NCBI GenBank assembly: GCA_051294375.1
Contig: CM119267.1
Span: 3,221,344 to 3,285,343 of the forward strand
Direction of reading: 5' to 3'
Length of the DNA stretch: 64,000 bases
From: Paraspadella gotoi
Lineage: Eukaryota > Animalia > Chaetognatha
Of the stretch, positions 40,631 through 55,345 are shown in pieces; position 1 is the stretch's first letter, and each line of letters begins with the position of its first letter. A program made the position numbers and the translations under genes. Below the pieces are notes generated by a model. It was not told where the DNA came from and did not search any database. It saw nothing but the letters and a program-made list of their open reading frames with translations.

Positions 40631-41814
40631 CTCCTGCGCATTTGGCACAGTTGATGTATCAACATTGTTTCGTACCAGTAACTCTCTCTCTATCTCACTC
40701 TTGCCCTCCCACCGAGAAATGTTCCATTTTAGCAAAAGAGACAAACCCTTTTTTCCCTTTTTTTTTTCTCCTTTTTTTCCTTTTTTCCTTTCATCGATTT
40801 TCTCATCTTCCGTTTGAGTCATTCGTCACTAAACATCACTGCTTGTTTCATTGCTTCTTCATCTTGCTTCATTGCTTGTGAACAAATTTTTATATACTTT
40901 TAAAAATGCATTTTAAAAAAGAATTGGAGTTTTTTTTTCGCGTCTAAAAACGATTCATCATTTTGGTCTCTTGTTCGGTTGGCGAAGACAAACGACCCGC
41001 GCAGCGTCACGTAGCGTCACGTAGCGTCAAGAAAATTTGAATTCATGTTTGACTTTGAATTTTTGCCGTACGTGGATTGTTGCTGTTATTTTGGTTCTTT
41101 TTTGTTGTTGTTTTTTTATTCGCTTGGTTTTTTTCAACAGTCAAAATTCCTAAAGTTTATTTTTCTCGGTTTTTCCTGTCACTGAGAGACTCAGTGTGAT
41201 TGTTTCTCATTTCTCAAGTTGTTCGTTTTCTTCTCGTTTGTACTGAATGTATTTTCTTTCCCTGTTTCTTTATCATNNNNNNNNNNNNNNNNNNNNNNNN
41301 NCTTATAAAATTGGTACTATACATTATATTGATATTTGATATTGATATTGATATTTTGATAAACAACAAATAATTATATTCTTTATTTATCGATTGATTC
41401 AAATTCGTTCATTTAAGTCATTCATTTTAGTTAGGGAATTATTATTAATTATTCCTTTTTAATCGAGAAAAATTCTTTACCGATTTCTTTTGTCTACTCC
41501 TGCGAAGGAGTCCTTGCATTCTCAAAATGCAAATGAGATTTAATTACTTTCACGAGAATGACTCCCGTCAAACGGATGTGGCGATCGGCGGCTAAAAATA
41601 ACACAAGATTCCTTATACAAACCGATTAGGTTTGATATGCGGTTGTGAATGCCGAGGATTTGGGACGACAACGACGACGACGACGACGACGAGGATGACC
41701 GACGAAGAGCGAACCTGGCCTCAAAGCCGGGCAGATTGGTCTAATCCAAAGTCATCAGAAGCATCTCGTCAACCGATTTATCTGCAAATTTAAATTGACC
41801 GCACATCAACAACA

Positions 41815-41891
<77 letters not shown>

Positions 41892-42469
41892 ACTCTATTT
41901 TAAAGTGTGGCTTTTTGTTTTTGATACGCTGGTTTTTATTTTTCTCCTTTTTCTTTCCTCCGGAGTGAGGAAAATTTGTTTGTTGCTCGGAATCAGAAGT
42001 GATTAATGGTCGGTTCTTTAAAAAAAAGGGAAAAAGGTCTTGTTTCCTCAGATGGGGCCAAAGCCAATGGAGAAGAAGGCTGAAGTAGGAGTGTTGGAAA
42101 AATGGAGTGGAAATGTTGGTTGGATGATAAGACATGAAGGAACGGAACTGGAGAAAGAACGGAAGTGAAGAACGAGGAGAACGAGAAGAACATCAAAGAT
42201 TGAAGATTTTGTTGGAAAGTTTGCCAGTCCAACAAAAAAAAGGGAAAAAAAGAAGAAAAAAAAATTTCCTTTGATTGAATCGACGTCGTTTCGCGATTAC
42301 ATTCCTCGAGACTTTGGTTTTAAGTCAATTTCATCACGGCGGTTTTTTGAGACTACTTCTTATCACCATGGGTAACGACGACACATCGACAGACGACAAT
42401 GGAAAAGCTTTTTATCAATTAAAAGTGCAGCGATGTTTGTATTGAGAAGAATTCTTTTTTTGTCATTCT

Positions 42470-42536
<67 letters not shown>

Positions 42537-42677
42537 CATCACATTCGATTTTTTTCCCTTAAGACTTTTCCTTGTTTGTTCCCTTTGTTCATAAATCACA
42601 TTTTTCTGTCTGGTGAGCTTTTCGAAGTACACGAAAGAAACTTGCACCCATTCCCCGCCTCTCTCTCTTCTCTCTAG

Positions 42678-42728
<51 letters not shown>

Positions 42729-42826
42729 TCCTCTCTTCTCTCTCGTCCTCTCTCAAGATTGTTCTGTTTCTATGACAATTTTTCCTTATAACTCAGATTC
42801 ACACTTCCTCTTTTCAGTGGAATCTC

Positions 42827-42869
<43 letters not shown>

Positions 42870-42870
42870 C

Positions 42871-42914
<44 letters not shown>

Positions 42915-43580
42915 CTCTCTCGCCTTCACACTTTTTTAATAGTCAGTCCTGCCACATTCAGTAAATAAATTCCTCCCTCTTACAAGATCAGTATCGTACA
43001 GAACCCTGAAATATTTCCTTCTATAACTCGCTTATTAGTCCTGCGTATTAACTCTGCAGAGCATCTGGTTTCCTTTTCAATAAAGTGGTTTAATGTTTTT
43101 TATAAAACCTCTTCAAATGTAATCAAACGACCTTTCCCTTAAATATATTTCTTTTCACGCATTAGTCATTTTTTAATAATTATCAAAACGACAGCGCACT
43201 TTTGGTTCTCTCTGCATCTTTCAACTTCACCCTCGACATCGAAATTAAAATCCTCTTTATTTCTCTTCACTTTGTTTCTAAGTCTCTCTCAAGAATTATT
43301 GTTGACTTCATTTTATTTACATTTCGTTTTGTTACATTTTCACTCCCTCGTGCGTCTCTCCAACGTCACTCGAGAAAGAAAACTTGAAATGCGACTGAAT
43401 CAAATTTTCACGTTTCTTAACGAATCTCGTTTATACTATTATATTATAAATTCTTTTCTTTTTTTTTTCTGTTTTACTTTCAATTTTATAATAACCTGCC
43501 AGTTGTCAGTCTATTCGTTCGTCTGTTTTTGTTTAATTCCATTTTTTAATTTCTTTTCTTTTCTCCCATTTCTTCTTCAG

Positions 43581-45431
43581 TTTTTCGCAAAATTCAGCGG
43601 GCGGCCATGACCACAAAAGCAGCAGCCGCCGCAGCACGCCGAACGCCGCCGCTCCGAATCCACTTCACGCGCGCTATCACTCCGCTGAGGCAATATCAAC
43701 TCCGCCACGCCGATCACTCCGCCATATCATCTTCCAAACCTCGCCCTATTTTCTTTTCCCGTCATCGTCTTTCCAGGGCGCGCTTTCCAGGAGTTCTAAT
43801 CTGGACGGCCGCCCTTCTATGCAAACGCCATCTGCGCCAAGGATGACGACGCCGCAACTTCTGTGTCACCGCGCCATGCGGCGTTGGCACCCAGACCGTT
43901 GCCCGTAAGAGCACCGCTCCTTCCGCTTCTCAAACATCCGTCAGTCCGCTTCTCGGAATTTCTTCGCTTCTCGATTCACATCCGGTGGCGATTCGAACTC
44001 GTGGCTCTTGATCGGCAGATTGCCGGAAACGTCGAGGAATTCAACAGCGCCCAGAGGGTTGACGCGGACGGACGCCGACGCGCGAGCCGATAATTCCGGA
44101 CGTCATAAAGCGCCGATGCAAAACCGGCGCCAGGCTTTAGGAAAAAATTTCGAGGGAAAGAAAGAAGGAAAAGACGATCGACGACAGACGACGAAAGAGT
44201 TATTTCGTCGTCGTCGTCGTCGTCGTCGTCTCACCATTGTGCTTCCTAATCACTTCCGGCCACGCCCTCTCACGTTCTCTTCGTCCAGAGTTCTCGCCTC
44301 AATTGTCTTCGCGGTTGGCGCTAACACGACGCCCTTCTAGATCCGTGGACTCAATCTCGATTCTACACAAGCCAATTTCTATCCCATTCCCCAGCCCAAA
44401 TTCACCCAAGGCCCAATCCACCCCAAGCCACCTCTCCACCGTCGATTCCTCTATATCACCTGCCTCGGGCCGTTCTGCTGCCGCCGCCGCCGCCGCAGCC
44501 GCCGCCTTCTCAATCCGCGCCCAGACTTTCCTACTTTATCCGAGCGACCTTGCCTTCCGCCTCGCCAGGATGAGCGGCCGCCGGCGTCGCCCGCTCCTCG
44601 GCCCGCGCTCCGCCCGCAGCCTATCTCACTGACACCACCGCGCTTCAAGCCTCGTCGACTCCACACCCCGCGCTTTTGACGGAATTTCTCCTTTTTATTT
44701 TTCGCGAAGAAAAAAAGCTTTTCGTTATCGTCGCCGATGACGTCATTGATTGACTCTCAACCACGATCGTGACGTCATTGTTAACGGCGTCGAGAAATTC
44801 GTCGTCGGATTCACGAACAGTCATTCGACTTCGGCCACTGAATAGAGACGGAACACCAGACAGAGAGAGAGACGCCGTATCCACTTAGGACTTTCATTCT
44901 TCTCCGATTTCCCTTTCTTCTGCTCTCTCCTTTCCCTTTGCTCTTTCCTCCTTCTCCCTCTCCTCTCTCTCTCCCCTCCTACCTCTCCCTTCCTCTCCCT
45001 CTCTTCCCGCCCCCGATATCTCTCCTCTTTCTCACCCGTTAATGTCGTCGTCGCCGGGAATTTCCTCTTTAAACCATTCAGCATTTGTTTTATGGATTTT
45101 CCCTCGAAAATTCGTTCCGTCGCATCGTCGGTCGTCATCATCGACGTCGTGCCACAAAAACCTGGATGAATTTCGACCAGATTCGATTTATCGAAACTCG
45201 GAATTACGAACTCGGATTTCCGAATTCCCGCGAATCTTATTCGAAAAAATCCGCCGCCCCGCGCTGCTCCGGCCGCCCCTCCATCGCCTCCGCAGCCGCA
45301 AGCAACGGCAGGGAGGACCGAAATCGAGTTTCAAGACGTTTACGTCGTTATCATCGTCGTCGTCGTCGTCATCGTCGTCGTGGATTTCTCGCCTTCCTTA
45401 CGTGGATGACGGTCCTTCAATTGCCCTAATG
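43581..45431 (+). other. Error-rich duplicate of the 49564-51409 putative exon
   Basis: Collinear with many 1-nt indels that fragment the ORF; more likely unpolished sequence than a true pseudogene. Confidence 0.55.
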
Positions 45432-48422
45432 GTAATTCGAGATTATTACAAGTTTATTCTTTATTCTTTATTCTGTCCCAGACTATGCGAGATTCGGTTG
45501 AAATAGCAAATAGGGAATTTGTATTTAATGTAAAGAGCGTGTATAAATAGGAAATAACTAAAATAAATATAAATATATATATTATATTTATATATATAAA
45601 TAAATAATGAATAAAATATACTATTGATTGATTTTTTTCAATTCAATTATTACGTAAATGACTACATGGTTTCAGTCGTTTGTCTAACTGACTACAAAAA
45701 CAAATGATTATTGATTATGATTATTATTTTTGATTAACCTACAAATAACAAAATTGTCTTCTCAGAGACGAAAAGGATTCCATCCACGAATGATATCTAA
45801 TTCTTCTCCCTTTAATATCGAAAAAAGGCAAAAAAAAAAGAAGCATTATCCTTCTCTAATTAGATCTCAAAAAGCAAAAAAAAGCGTCTTCCCATCCCAA
45901 AAGCGCAAAACCAGAATTCGTTTAGTCTTAGGAGTTTTGAGGTTTCAGTCTGCGGGGAATCGTCGCATCGATAACGCATTTTGTGCCATGTTTGTCATTT
46001 AAGTGCTGCAGCTTTTAAGGTGTTCAGCAATGTTGGCTGATGCAGCGCCCTTTGGTGCTAACAGAGTATTTTAGTAATGACTGCAACATTATTGGCTGCC
46101 TACAAGCATTAGTTACAACAACATCATATGCTGCCGCATTTGTTTTGGTTCTGCGTATATCAAGGGCTGCAGTAATGAGGCGCTGCAGCATGGGAATTTA
46201 TTTTTTCTGATCGATAAATCTCTTCTTTAATGAAGTTCGAAACGAGAGTCTTACTTTCCCGTTTTTTTTCCTTCGCCGTCCTTGTCCGTTTCGATTTAAT
46301 CAGCGTCGTTGTCGTTCGTCGTCGTCACGTCGTCGTTCGTCCTCTTGTTTGGAATTGCCTTTTGTAATGAGTTCCTCCAATAATTGTTGTGATAATCAAT
46401 CATATAGTCATTTAAAGTTGAAAAGGCCCAATCAATAGGAAATTGATGTTATACTTTTTGTCTTTCTTTGGTTTTAAGAAGACAATTTTAAAATACAAAC
46501 CAGATGTATTTGTAAAATTTCCTTGCAAATGAAGGAACGGACCATTGATATTTAAAAGAAAAAAAAAATATTTACTTTTAAAACCCTGAAATAAAGCCTC
46601 TGAAGATTTTCTCTTACCGGTATTTTACTTATATTCCAAAAGACAATTTCGCAGTTTTTCTTGTTTTTGTTTTTATCTGTTTTTCTTTTGCAGTCAACTT
46701 CATCGTTTTTATCCACGGAATTTTTGTACGTCGATTGTTGTTGTTGTTTCGTAGTCGGATTTTTGGTTTCGGTGACGAAAACAAGCGACGTCGTGCGTCG
46801 TCGTCGTCGTCGTTCGTTACGTCGCTATCATCGTCTTTCGTTATTGTCATATGTCACTGTTTTCATTCTTCGTCTTTGTTTTATGTCCCTCGATTGATAT
46901 GGTTATGTTTTAGTTATTGTTATTGTTTTGTTTTGTATTGTTATTGTTTTTTTAGTATTGTTTTTGTTATTTATTTTATATATTTTATTGTTATTGTTAT
47001 TGTTTTATTATGTTGTTGTCTTTATTATTCGATATATGTTATTATTTAGTTATGTTATTGTTTTTGTTATTTTTTAGTTATTGTTTATTGTTTAGTTATT
47101 GTTTTGTATTGTTTCAGTTATGTTATTGTTTTTGTTATTTTAGTTATTTGTTGTTATTGTTTGTAGTTATTGTATTGTTTTTGTATTGTTTTGTTATGTT
47201 TTTTTAGTTATGTTGTTCAGTTATTGTTTTTTTAGTTATTGTTAGTTATTTATTGTTTATTTATTTTTTATTTATCGATTGATTCATTAATTCGTTCATT
47301 TAGTCATGGAATTATTATTAATTATTCCTTTTTAATCGAGAAAATTCTTTCCGATTTCTTTTTTTCGATCCTGCGAAAATTCCTTTCTTTCTCAAATATG
47401 CAAATGAGATTTAATTACTTTTGACGAGAATGACTCCCAGTCAAACGGATGTGGCGATCGGCGGCTAAAAATAACACAAGATCCTTAACAAAACCGATTA
47501 GGTTGATATGCGGTTGTGAATGCGAGGATTGGGACGACAACGACGACGACGACAAGGACGACGATGACGACGAAGACGACGACGACGACGACGAGGATGA
47601 CGACGAAGACGACCTGGCCTCAAAGCCGCAGATGGTCTAATCCAAAGTCATCAGANNNNNNNNNNNNNNNNNNNNNNNNNNNNNNNNNNNNNNNNNNNNN
47701 NNNNNNNNNNNNNNNNNNNNNNNNNNNNNNNNNNNNNNNNNNNNNNNNNNNNNNNNNNNNNNNNNNNNNNNNNNNNNNNNNNNNNNNNNNNNNNNNNNNN
47801 NNNNNNNNNNNNNNNNNNNNNNNNNNNNNNNNNNNNNNNNNNNNNNNNNNNNNNNNNNNNNNNNNNNNNNNCTCTCTCTCAGACTCTATTTTAAAGTGGC
47901 TTTTGTTTTGACGCTGGTTTTTTTTCTCCTCTTTTTTTCCTCCGAGTGAAAATTTGTGTTGTTGCTCGGATCAGAAAGTGATTAATGGTCGGTTCTTTAA
48001 AAAAAGGAAAAAGGTCTTGTTTTCCATCAGAGAGGGCAAAGCCAATGGAGAAGAAGGCTGAAGTGGTTGGAAAATGAGTGGAAAGTGGTTGGATGTGCTG
48101 GAAGAACGGAACTGGAAGAACGGAAGTGGAAGAACGAGGAGAACGAGAAGAACATCAAAGATTGAAAGATTTTGTTGGAAAGTTTCAGTCCAACAAAAAA
48201 AAAGGGAAAAAAAGAAGAAAAAAAAACTTCCTTTGATTTGATCGACGTCGTTCGGTTACATCCCTCGAGACTTTGGTAAAGTCAATTTCATCCGGGTTTT
48301 TGAGACTACTGGTCTTAATCACCATGGTAACGACGACGACAACGACGACGACAATGAAAAAAGCGTTTTTATCAATTAAAGTGCAGGCGATGTTGTATTG
48401 AGAAGAATTCTATTTTTTGCCG

Positions 48423-48460
<38 letters not shown>

Positions 48461-48462
48461 TC

Positions 48463-48527
<65 letters not shown>

Positions 48528-48672
48528 CTCATCACATTCTATTTTTTCCCTTAAGACTTTTCTTGTTTGTTTCCCTTTGTTCATTAAATCACATTTTCTG
48601 TCTTTGAGCTTTCGAAGTCACGAAAGAAAACTTGCACCATTCCCCCGCCTTCTCTCTCTCTCTCTCTCTTAG

Positions 48673-48737
<65 letters not shown>

Positions 48738-48758
48738 CTTCTCTCTCTTCTCTCTTCT

Positions 48759-48797
<39 letters not shown>

Positions 48798-48870
48798 ATG
48801 TTTCTGTTCTATGACAATTTTTTCCTTATCAACTCAAGATTCACACTTCCCTCTTTTCCAGTGAATCTCA

Positions 48871-48946
<76 letters not shown>

Positions 48947-49563
48947 CTCCGCTCCTCTCTCTCTCGCCTTTTCACACTTTTTTAATAGTCAGTCCTGGCA
49001 CATCCAGTAAATAATTCCATCCCTCTTACAAGATCATATCGTAGCAGAACCCTGAAATATTTCCTTCTATACTCGCTTATAGTCCTGCGTATTAATTCTC
49101 AGAGCATCTGGTTTCCTTTTCAATGAAGTGGTTTAATGTTTTTATAAACCTCTTCAAATGTATAAACGAACCTTTCCCTTAAATATATTTCTTTCACGCA
49201 TTTAGTCATTTTTTAATAATTCTCACCCTCGACATCGAAATTAAACATCCTCTCTTTATTTTCTCTTCACTTTGTTTCTAAGTCTCTTCCCAAGAATTAA
49301 TTTGTTGACTTCAATTTTATTTACATTTCGTTTTGTTTACATTTCACTCCCTCGTGCGTCCAACGTCAACTCGAGAAAGAAAACTTGAAATGCGACTCGA
49401 ATCAAATTTCTCACGTTTCTTAACGAATCTCGTTTATATTATTATTATTATAAATTCTTTCTTTTTTTTTTCTGTTTACTTTCAATTTATAAATAAACCT
49501 GTCTATTCGTTCGTCTGTTTTGTTTAATTCATTTATCTTTTCTTTTCTCCCATTTCTTTTCAG

Positions 49564-51409
49564 TTTTTCGCAAAATTCAGCGGCGGCCATGACCACAAAA
49601 GCAGCAGCCGCCGCAGCACCGCCGAACGCCGCCGCTCCGAATCACTCCGCCGCGCCTTATCACTCCGCTGAGCAATATCACTCCGCCACGCCGAATCACT
49701 CCGCCATATCATCTTCCAAACCTCGCCCTATTTCTTTTTCCCCGTCATCGTCTTTCCAGGCGTCGCTTTCCAGGAGTTCTAATCTGACGCCGCCTCTACT
49801 CGCAACGCCATCTGCGCCAAGGATGACGACGCCGCACTCTGTGTCACCGCGCCATGCGGGCGTGGCACCAGACCGTCCCGAAGAGCACCGCTCCTTCCGC
49901 TTCTCAACATCCCGTCGTCCGCTTCTCGGAATTTCTTCGCTTCTCGATTCACATCCGGCGGATTCGAACTCGTGGCCTCTGATCGGCAGATTGCCGGAAA
50001 CGTCGAGGAATTCAACAGCGACCCAGAGGGCGACGCCGGACGACGCCGACGCGACGGAGCCGATAATTCCGACGTCTAAAGCGCCGATGCAAAAACCGGC
50101 GCGCTTTAGGAAAAAATTTCGAGGAAAGAAAGAAGGAAAAAGACGATCGAACGACGACGACGAAAGAGATTATTTTCGTCGTCGTCGTCGTCGTCGTCGT
50201 CTCACTCATTGTCTTCCTAATCACTTCCGGCCACGCCCTCTCACGTTCTCTTCGGTCCAGAGATTCTCGCCTCAATTTGTCTTTCGCGTTGGCGCTAATC
50301 ACCGACGCCTTCTTAGATCCGTGAGACTCAATCCTCGATTCTACCACAAGCCCAATTTCTATCCCATTCCCCAGCCCAAATTCCACCCAAGGCCCAAATC
50401 TCACCCCAAGCCCACTCTCCACCGTCGATCCTCTATTCACTGCCCCGGCCGCTTCTGCTGCCGCCGCCGCCGCCGCAGCCGCCGCCTTCTCAATCCGCGC
50501 CCAGACTTTCCTCACCTTTATCCGAGCGACCTTTCCTTCCGCCTCGCCAGGATGAGCGGCCGCCGGCGTCTGCCCGCTCCTCGGCCCGCCGCTCCGCCCG
50601 CCAGCCTATCTCACTGCACACCGCGCTTCAGCCTCGATCGACTCCGCACCCCGCGCTTTGACGAATTTCTCCTTTTATTTCGCGAAGAAAAAAGCTTTTT
50701 CGTTATCGTCGCCGATGACGTCATTGACTTGACTCTCAACCACGATCGTGACGTCATTGTTAACGACGTCGAGAAATTCGTCGTCGGATTCAACGACAGT
50801 CATCGACTTCGGCCACTGAATAGAGACGGAGACACAGACAGAGAGAGAGACGCCGTATCCCTAGACTTTCATTCTTCCTCCGATTTCCCTTCTTCTGTCT
50901 CCTCCTTTCCCTTTGCTCTTTCCTCTCTCTCCTCCTCCCTCTCTCTCTCCCCTCCTACCTCTCCCTCTCCCTCTCCCTCTCTTCCCGCCCCGATATCTCT
51001 CCGTCTTTCTCACCCGTTAATGTCGTCGTCGCCGGGAATTTCCTCTTTAACCATTCAGCATTTGTTTTATGGATTTTCCCTCGAAAATTCGTCGTTGTCG
51101 TCGTCGTCGTCGTCATCATCGTCGTCGTCACAAAACCTGGATGAATTTCGACCAGATTCGATTTATCGAAACTCGGAATTACGAATCTCGGATTTCCGAA
51201 TTCCCCGCGAATCTTATTCGAAAAAATCCGCCGCCGCCGCCGCTGCTGCCGCCGCCCCTGCCATCGCCTCCGCAGCCGCAGCAACGGCAGGGAGCGCCGA
51301 AATCGGTTTCAAGACGTCGTCGTTATCATCGTCGTCGTCGTCGTCATCGTCGTCGTGGATTTCTCGCCTTCTCTTAGCGTGGATGACGGTCCTTCAATTT
51401 GCGCCTAAT
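49564..51409 (+). CDS. Large putative exon of a low-complexity (Ser/Pro/Ala/Arg-rich) protein
   Basis: 655-codon open frame (49520-51487); polypyrimidine ttttcag| near 49563 and atg|gtaatt near 51409; HSA-type repeats (NHSAAPYHSAEQYHSATPNHSA). No recognisable domain; true frame may shift internally. Confidence 0.5.
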
Positions 51410-51967
51410 GGTAATTCGAGATTATTACAAGTTTATTCTTTATTCTTTATTCTTGTCCCTAGACTATGCGAGATTCGGTTGAAATAGTAGGAATTTGTAA
51501 TTTAAATGTAAAGAGCTGTGTAATAAATAGAACATAACTAAATAAATATAAATATATATATATATTTATATATATAAATAAATAATGAATAAATATACTA
51601 TTGATTGATTTTTTTCAATTCAATTTTACGTAAATGACTACATGGTTTCAGTTCGTTTTGTCTAACTGACTAACAAAACACAAATGATTATTGATTATTG
51701 ATTATTTATTTTTGATTAACCTAAAATAACAAAATTGTCTTCTCAGAGACGAAAAGGATTCCATCCACGAATGAAATCCTAATTCTTCTCCCTTTAATAT
51801 CGAAAAAAGCAAAAAAAAAAGCATATTCCTTCTCGTAATTAGACTCAAAAGCAAAAAAAAGCTTCTCCCATCCCAAAAGCGCAACAGAATCGTTTAGTCT
51901 TAAGGGTTTGAGGTTTCAGCTGCGGGATCGTCGCATCGATAACGCATTTTTGGCCAATGTGTCATTT

Positions 51968-52150
51968 AAGTGCTGCAGCGTTTAAGGTGCTTCAGCAATG
52001 TGGCTGATGCAGCGCCTTTGGTGCTACAGTATTTTAGTGACTGCAACATTATGGCTGCTACAGCATTTTAGTTACAACAACATCATTGCTGCCGCAGTGT
52101 TTTGGGTTCTGCAGTATATCAAGTGCTGCAGTATGAGCGCTGCAGCATGG
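51968..52150 (+). repeat. ~17-bp degenerate minisatellite with TGCTGCAG core (duplicate ~46002-46192)
   Basis: Recurrent (g)ctgcag/ctacag at near-regular spacing. Confidence 0.65.
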
Positions 52151-52725
52151 GAATTTATTTTTTCTGATCGATTATCTCTTCTTTAATGAAGTCGAAACGA
52201 GATTCTTACTTTCCCCGTTTTTTTTTCCTTCGCCGTCCTTGTCCGTTCGATTTAATCACGTCGTTGTCGTCGTCGTCGTCGTCGTCGTCGTCCTCTTGTT
52301 TGAATTGCCTTTTGTAATGAGTTCCTCCAATAATTGTTGCTGATAATCAATCATTAGTCATTTAAAGTTGAAAGCCAATCAATGAGAAATTGATGTTATA
52401 CTTTTTGTCTTTCTTGGTTTTTAAGAAGAACAATTTAAAAATACAAACCAGATAGTTATTTGTAAATCCTGCAAATGAAACGACCATTGATATTTAAAAA
52501 GAAAAAAAATAATATTTATTTTAAAACCCTGAAATAAAGCCTCTGAAGATTTTCTCTACCGGTATTTTAACTTATATTCAAAAGACAATTTCGCAGTTTT
52601 TCTTGTTTTTGTTTTTTCTGTTTTTCTTTGCGTCAACTTCATCGTTTTATCCACGGAATTTTTGTCGTCGTTGTTGTTGTTGTTTTCGTTGTCGGATTTT
52701 TGTTTTCGGTGACGAAAACAAGCGA

Positions 52726-52758
<33 letters not shown>

Positions 52759-52829
52759 TATCATCGTCTTCGTTATTGTCATTGTCACGTGTTTTCATTC
52801 TTGTCTTTGTTTTATGTCCCTCGTTGATA

Positions 52830-53222
52830 TGGTTATGTTTTAGTTATTGTTATTGTTTTTGTTATTGTTATTGTTATTGTTTTAGTTATTGTTTTTGTTA
52901 TTATTTTAGTTATTTTTATTGTTATTGTTATTGTTTTAGTTATTGTTGTTGTTTTAGTTATTGTTTTTGTTATTATTTTAGTTATTGTTATTGTTTTTGT
53001 TATTGTTTTAGTTATTGTTATTGTTTTAGTTATTGTTTTTGTTATTGTTTCAGTTATTGTTATTGTTTTTGTTATTGTTTTAGTTATTTTTTTTGTTATT
53101 GTTTTAGTTATTGTTATTGTTTTTGTTATTGTTTTGTTATTGTTTTAGTTATTGTTTCAGTTATTGTTTTAGTTATTGTTTTAGTTATTGTTATTGTTAT
53201 TATTTTTGTTATTGTTTTAGTA
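52830..53222 (+). repeat. AT-rich (TTATTG/TTTTAG) minisatellite (duplicate ~46900-47260)
   Basis: 6/12-bp periodic tract. Confidence 0.9.
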
Positions 53223-53904
53223 ATCTTCTTATCTTTACATACTTAACCATCATTATTTATTTTGACGCAAAGAGGCTCAACAATCTGGTCTTCTTCTCTT
53301 CCGCCTCAACTTCCTCTTCTTCCGCCAAAATGGTTTCCGATTAAGTCGCTAGAGGGCGAAAGGTGAAACCGGAAAAATCCTTCCGGAAGTCATTCGCCCG
53401 AGAGGAGAAAAAATAGGCGACGACGATGATGACGACGACGAAGAAGACGTGAGGACGAACGAAGAAAAGTACGACGATGACCGTAACAAAGGAAGAGAAT
53501 GATGACGGCGACAATGAAGACGATAACGCGACGAACGAAGGAAGACGCGACCGACGACAGAAGGATGACAACGATTGATACGAATGGGAGCGACGATGAT
53601 GACAGACGACGAAGAAGCGAAGAAGACGACGAGCGACGAGAAGGAGACGACGAAGGAGGACGATGACTGATTGACGACGACAAAGAAGCCGATGACGACG
53701 ACGACGACGACGATGACGACGACGACGATGATGACGACGAAAAGGACGAAGAAGACTATGTGATGACGACGACGATGACAACGACGTAAAATCTCTGACG
53801 ACAAAAAAAAACAAAAAGTTGAAACATTTTGATTCCATTAAGTCTTAACAGATGTCAGTAGTAGTGATTGCTTTTTTAAGTCATCAGGTAAGTTTAGTAC
53901 TTAC

Positions 53905-55345
53905 CTTCCCTGAACAAGCGGTCGACTCTGTCAAAAATCGCTGCTTAAAACCGCAAGGGCAACAACAACGACAACCAGTTAAGAACAGTCGGTAAAAAGT
54001 AAAAAGTCAAGAACTGGCAATTGTTTTCTCCATTTGATGTCGGGAGGGAAGAGAAGCGAGAGGGTGAAATTTCGTCAAAAGTGAGTCTATTGTGATTTAA
54101 AATAATAGTGGTTCAAAAATGTTATCCGATTCACCAATTCGATCGACGAACGGAGAAAGAATCGATTTTATAAATTGTGAACTTTTAAATCATTTTGCTC
54201 CCATTTGTTCTTTCTTCCTAAATGTCAAGAGACTGTCGGCACGCTTTAAGAGTCAAAGGAAAAATTCTTTCATTATCCATATTTGGTAGTAAACAACAGA
54301 AAGGAAAAGACGACGACGACAGGAGAGACGATGATGTCAACGACGACGACGACGACGATTACGACGACGACGACGATGACAATACCAATGAAGTCCGTAA
54401 TAAACACGGGAATAAAAGAAAAACCAAGAAAATAACTGAGGCCCATGAGTCAATTGGGTCATTGTTCAATAAAAACTGACCAGTCTTAATTGATCACATG
54501 GTCATTGAGCCTGTATTACCATTCATTACCATTGGCCGATGGCTCTGACTTATAGCCACCACTAGTGTCCAATGGCCCTGGTCATTGACTAGTTTCCCCC
54601 TGGCTTTTCGCGGCCCCGGTTGCGAATCCATTCATTTCCTTCTCGATTTGGCTGCGCGGACTGAAACCACCTTTCATATTTTGCTGGGAAGAACAAAGGA
54701 GAAAGTAAAGGAAAAGAAAGAGAAAAGGAAAAAAGAGAAAAAGAAAAAAAAAGAGAAAAAAAAAAGGGAAAAAAAAGGAAAGGAAAGCAAGAGGCTGCTC
54801 GTGTTCGGCTTCCACTGCGGAAATTAATGGGACGATCCCCGGAGTTTGTTACATAAACTCCGTGCGCGGCCATAGCAACAAGCAATTGATTGCAAAAGGA
54901 AGAGAGAGATTAAATATTCAGAGGTAATCAGATCCAACGTCTGCGGAAAACGTATGGAGATAAGATAAGAAATTGAGCGAAGACGACGACGACGACGACG
55001 ACGACGATTATGATCCGCACCAGTTGATGACGATGGCTAATGACAAACCGACAGTAACGATGACGTGATGATGATGACGGACCTTGGACGATGATGATCC
55101 TGGCGACATACTTATCTCCTGATACATTAGTTTTTGTTTTTTTTTCAACCTGCGAGCCCTCGCTTTTTCCCCTTTTTCTCTTATGCTTTTTGAATTCACA
55201 TTAGCGACCGTCTTTAATGACCACAAAGTCCTTGTTCACCAACCCTTCCTCACTCTCACTCACCTCCATCTGTTTTTGTTTTTGCCTTCGACTTCCCTCG
55301 AGATATTTTTGCTCAAGTTTGCTCGGCGAAGCGGCCGTCTGCCCA
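53905..55345 (-). other. Candidate minus-strand exon cluster, product unknown
   Basis: Strong donors ggag|gtgagt (~55263) and gaag|gtaagt (~53904); acceptors ttcttcccag (~54688) and tgtatcag (~55109). No consistent frame reconstructed. Confidence 0.3.

Larger units (their letters stand above)
41382..53220 (+). repeat. Tandem duplication of ~5.9 kb (41382-47267, 47268-53220)
   Basis: tttatttatcgattgattca... starts both units; both end in the TTATTG minisatellite. Confidence 0.93.

Noticed and set aside
53897-53915. U1 snRNA 5' end (ACTTACCT)
   Set aside because: Downstream sequence does not resemble U1; it is just an antisense splice donor.
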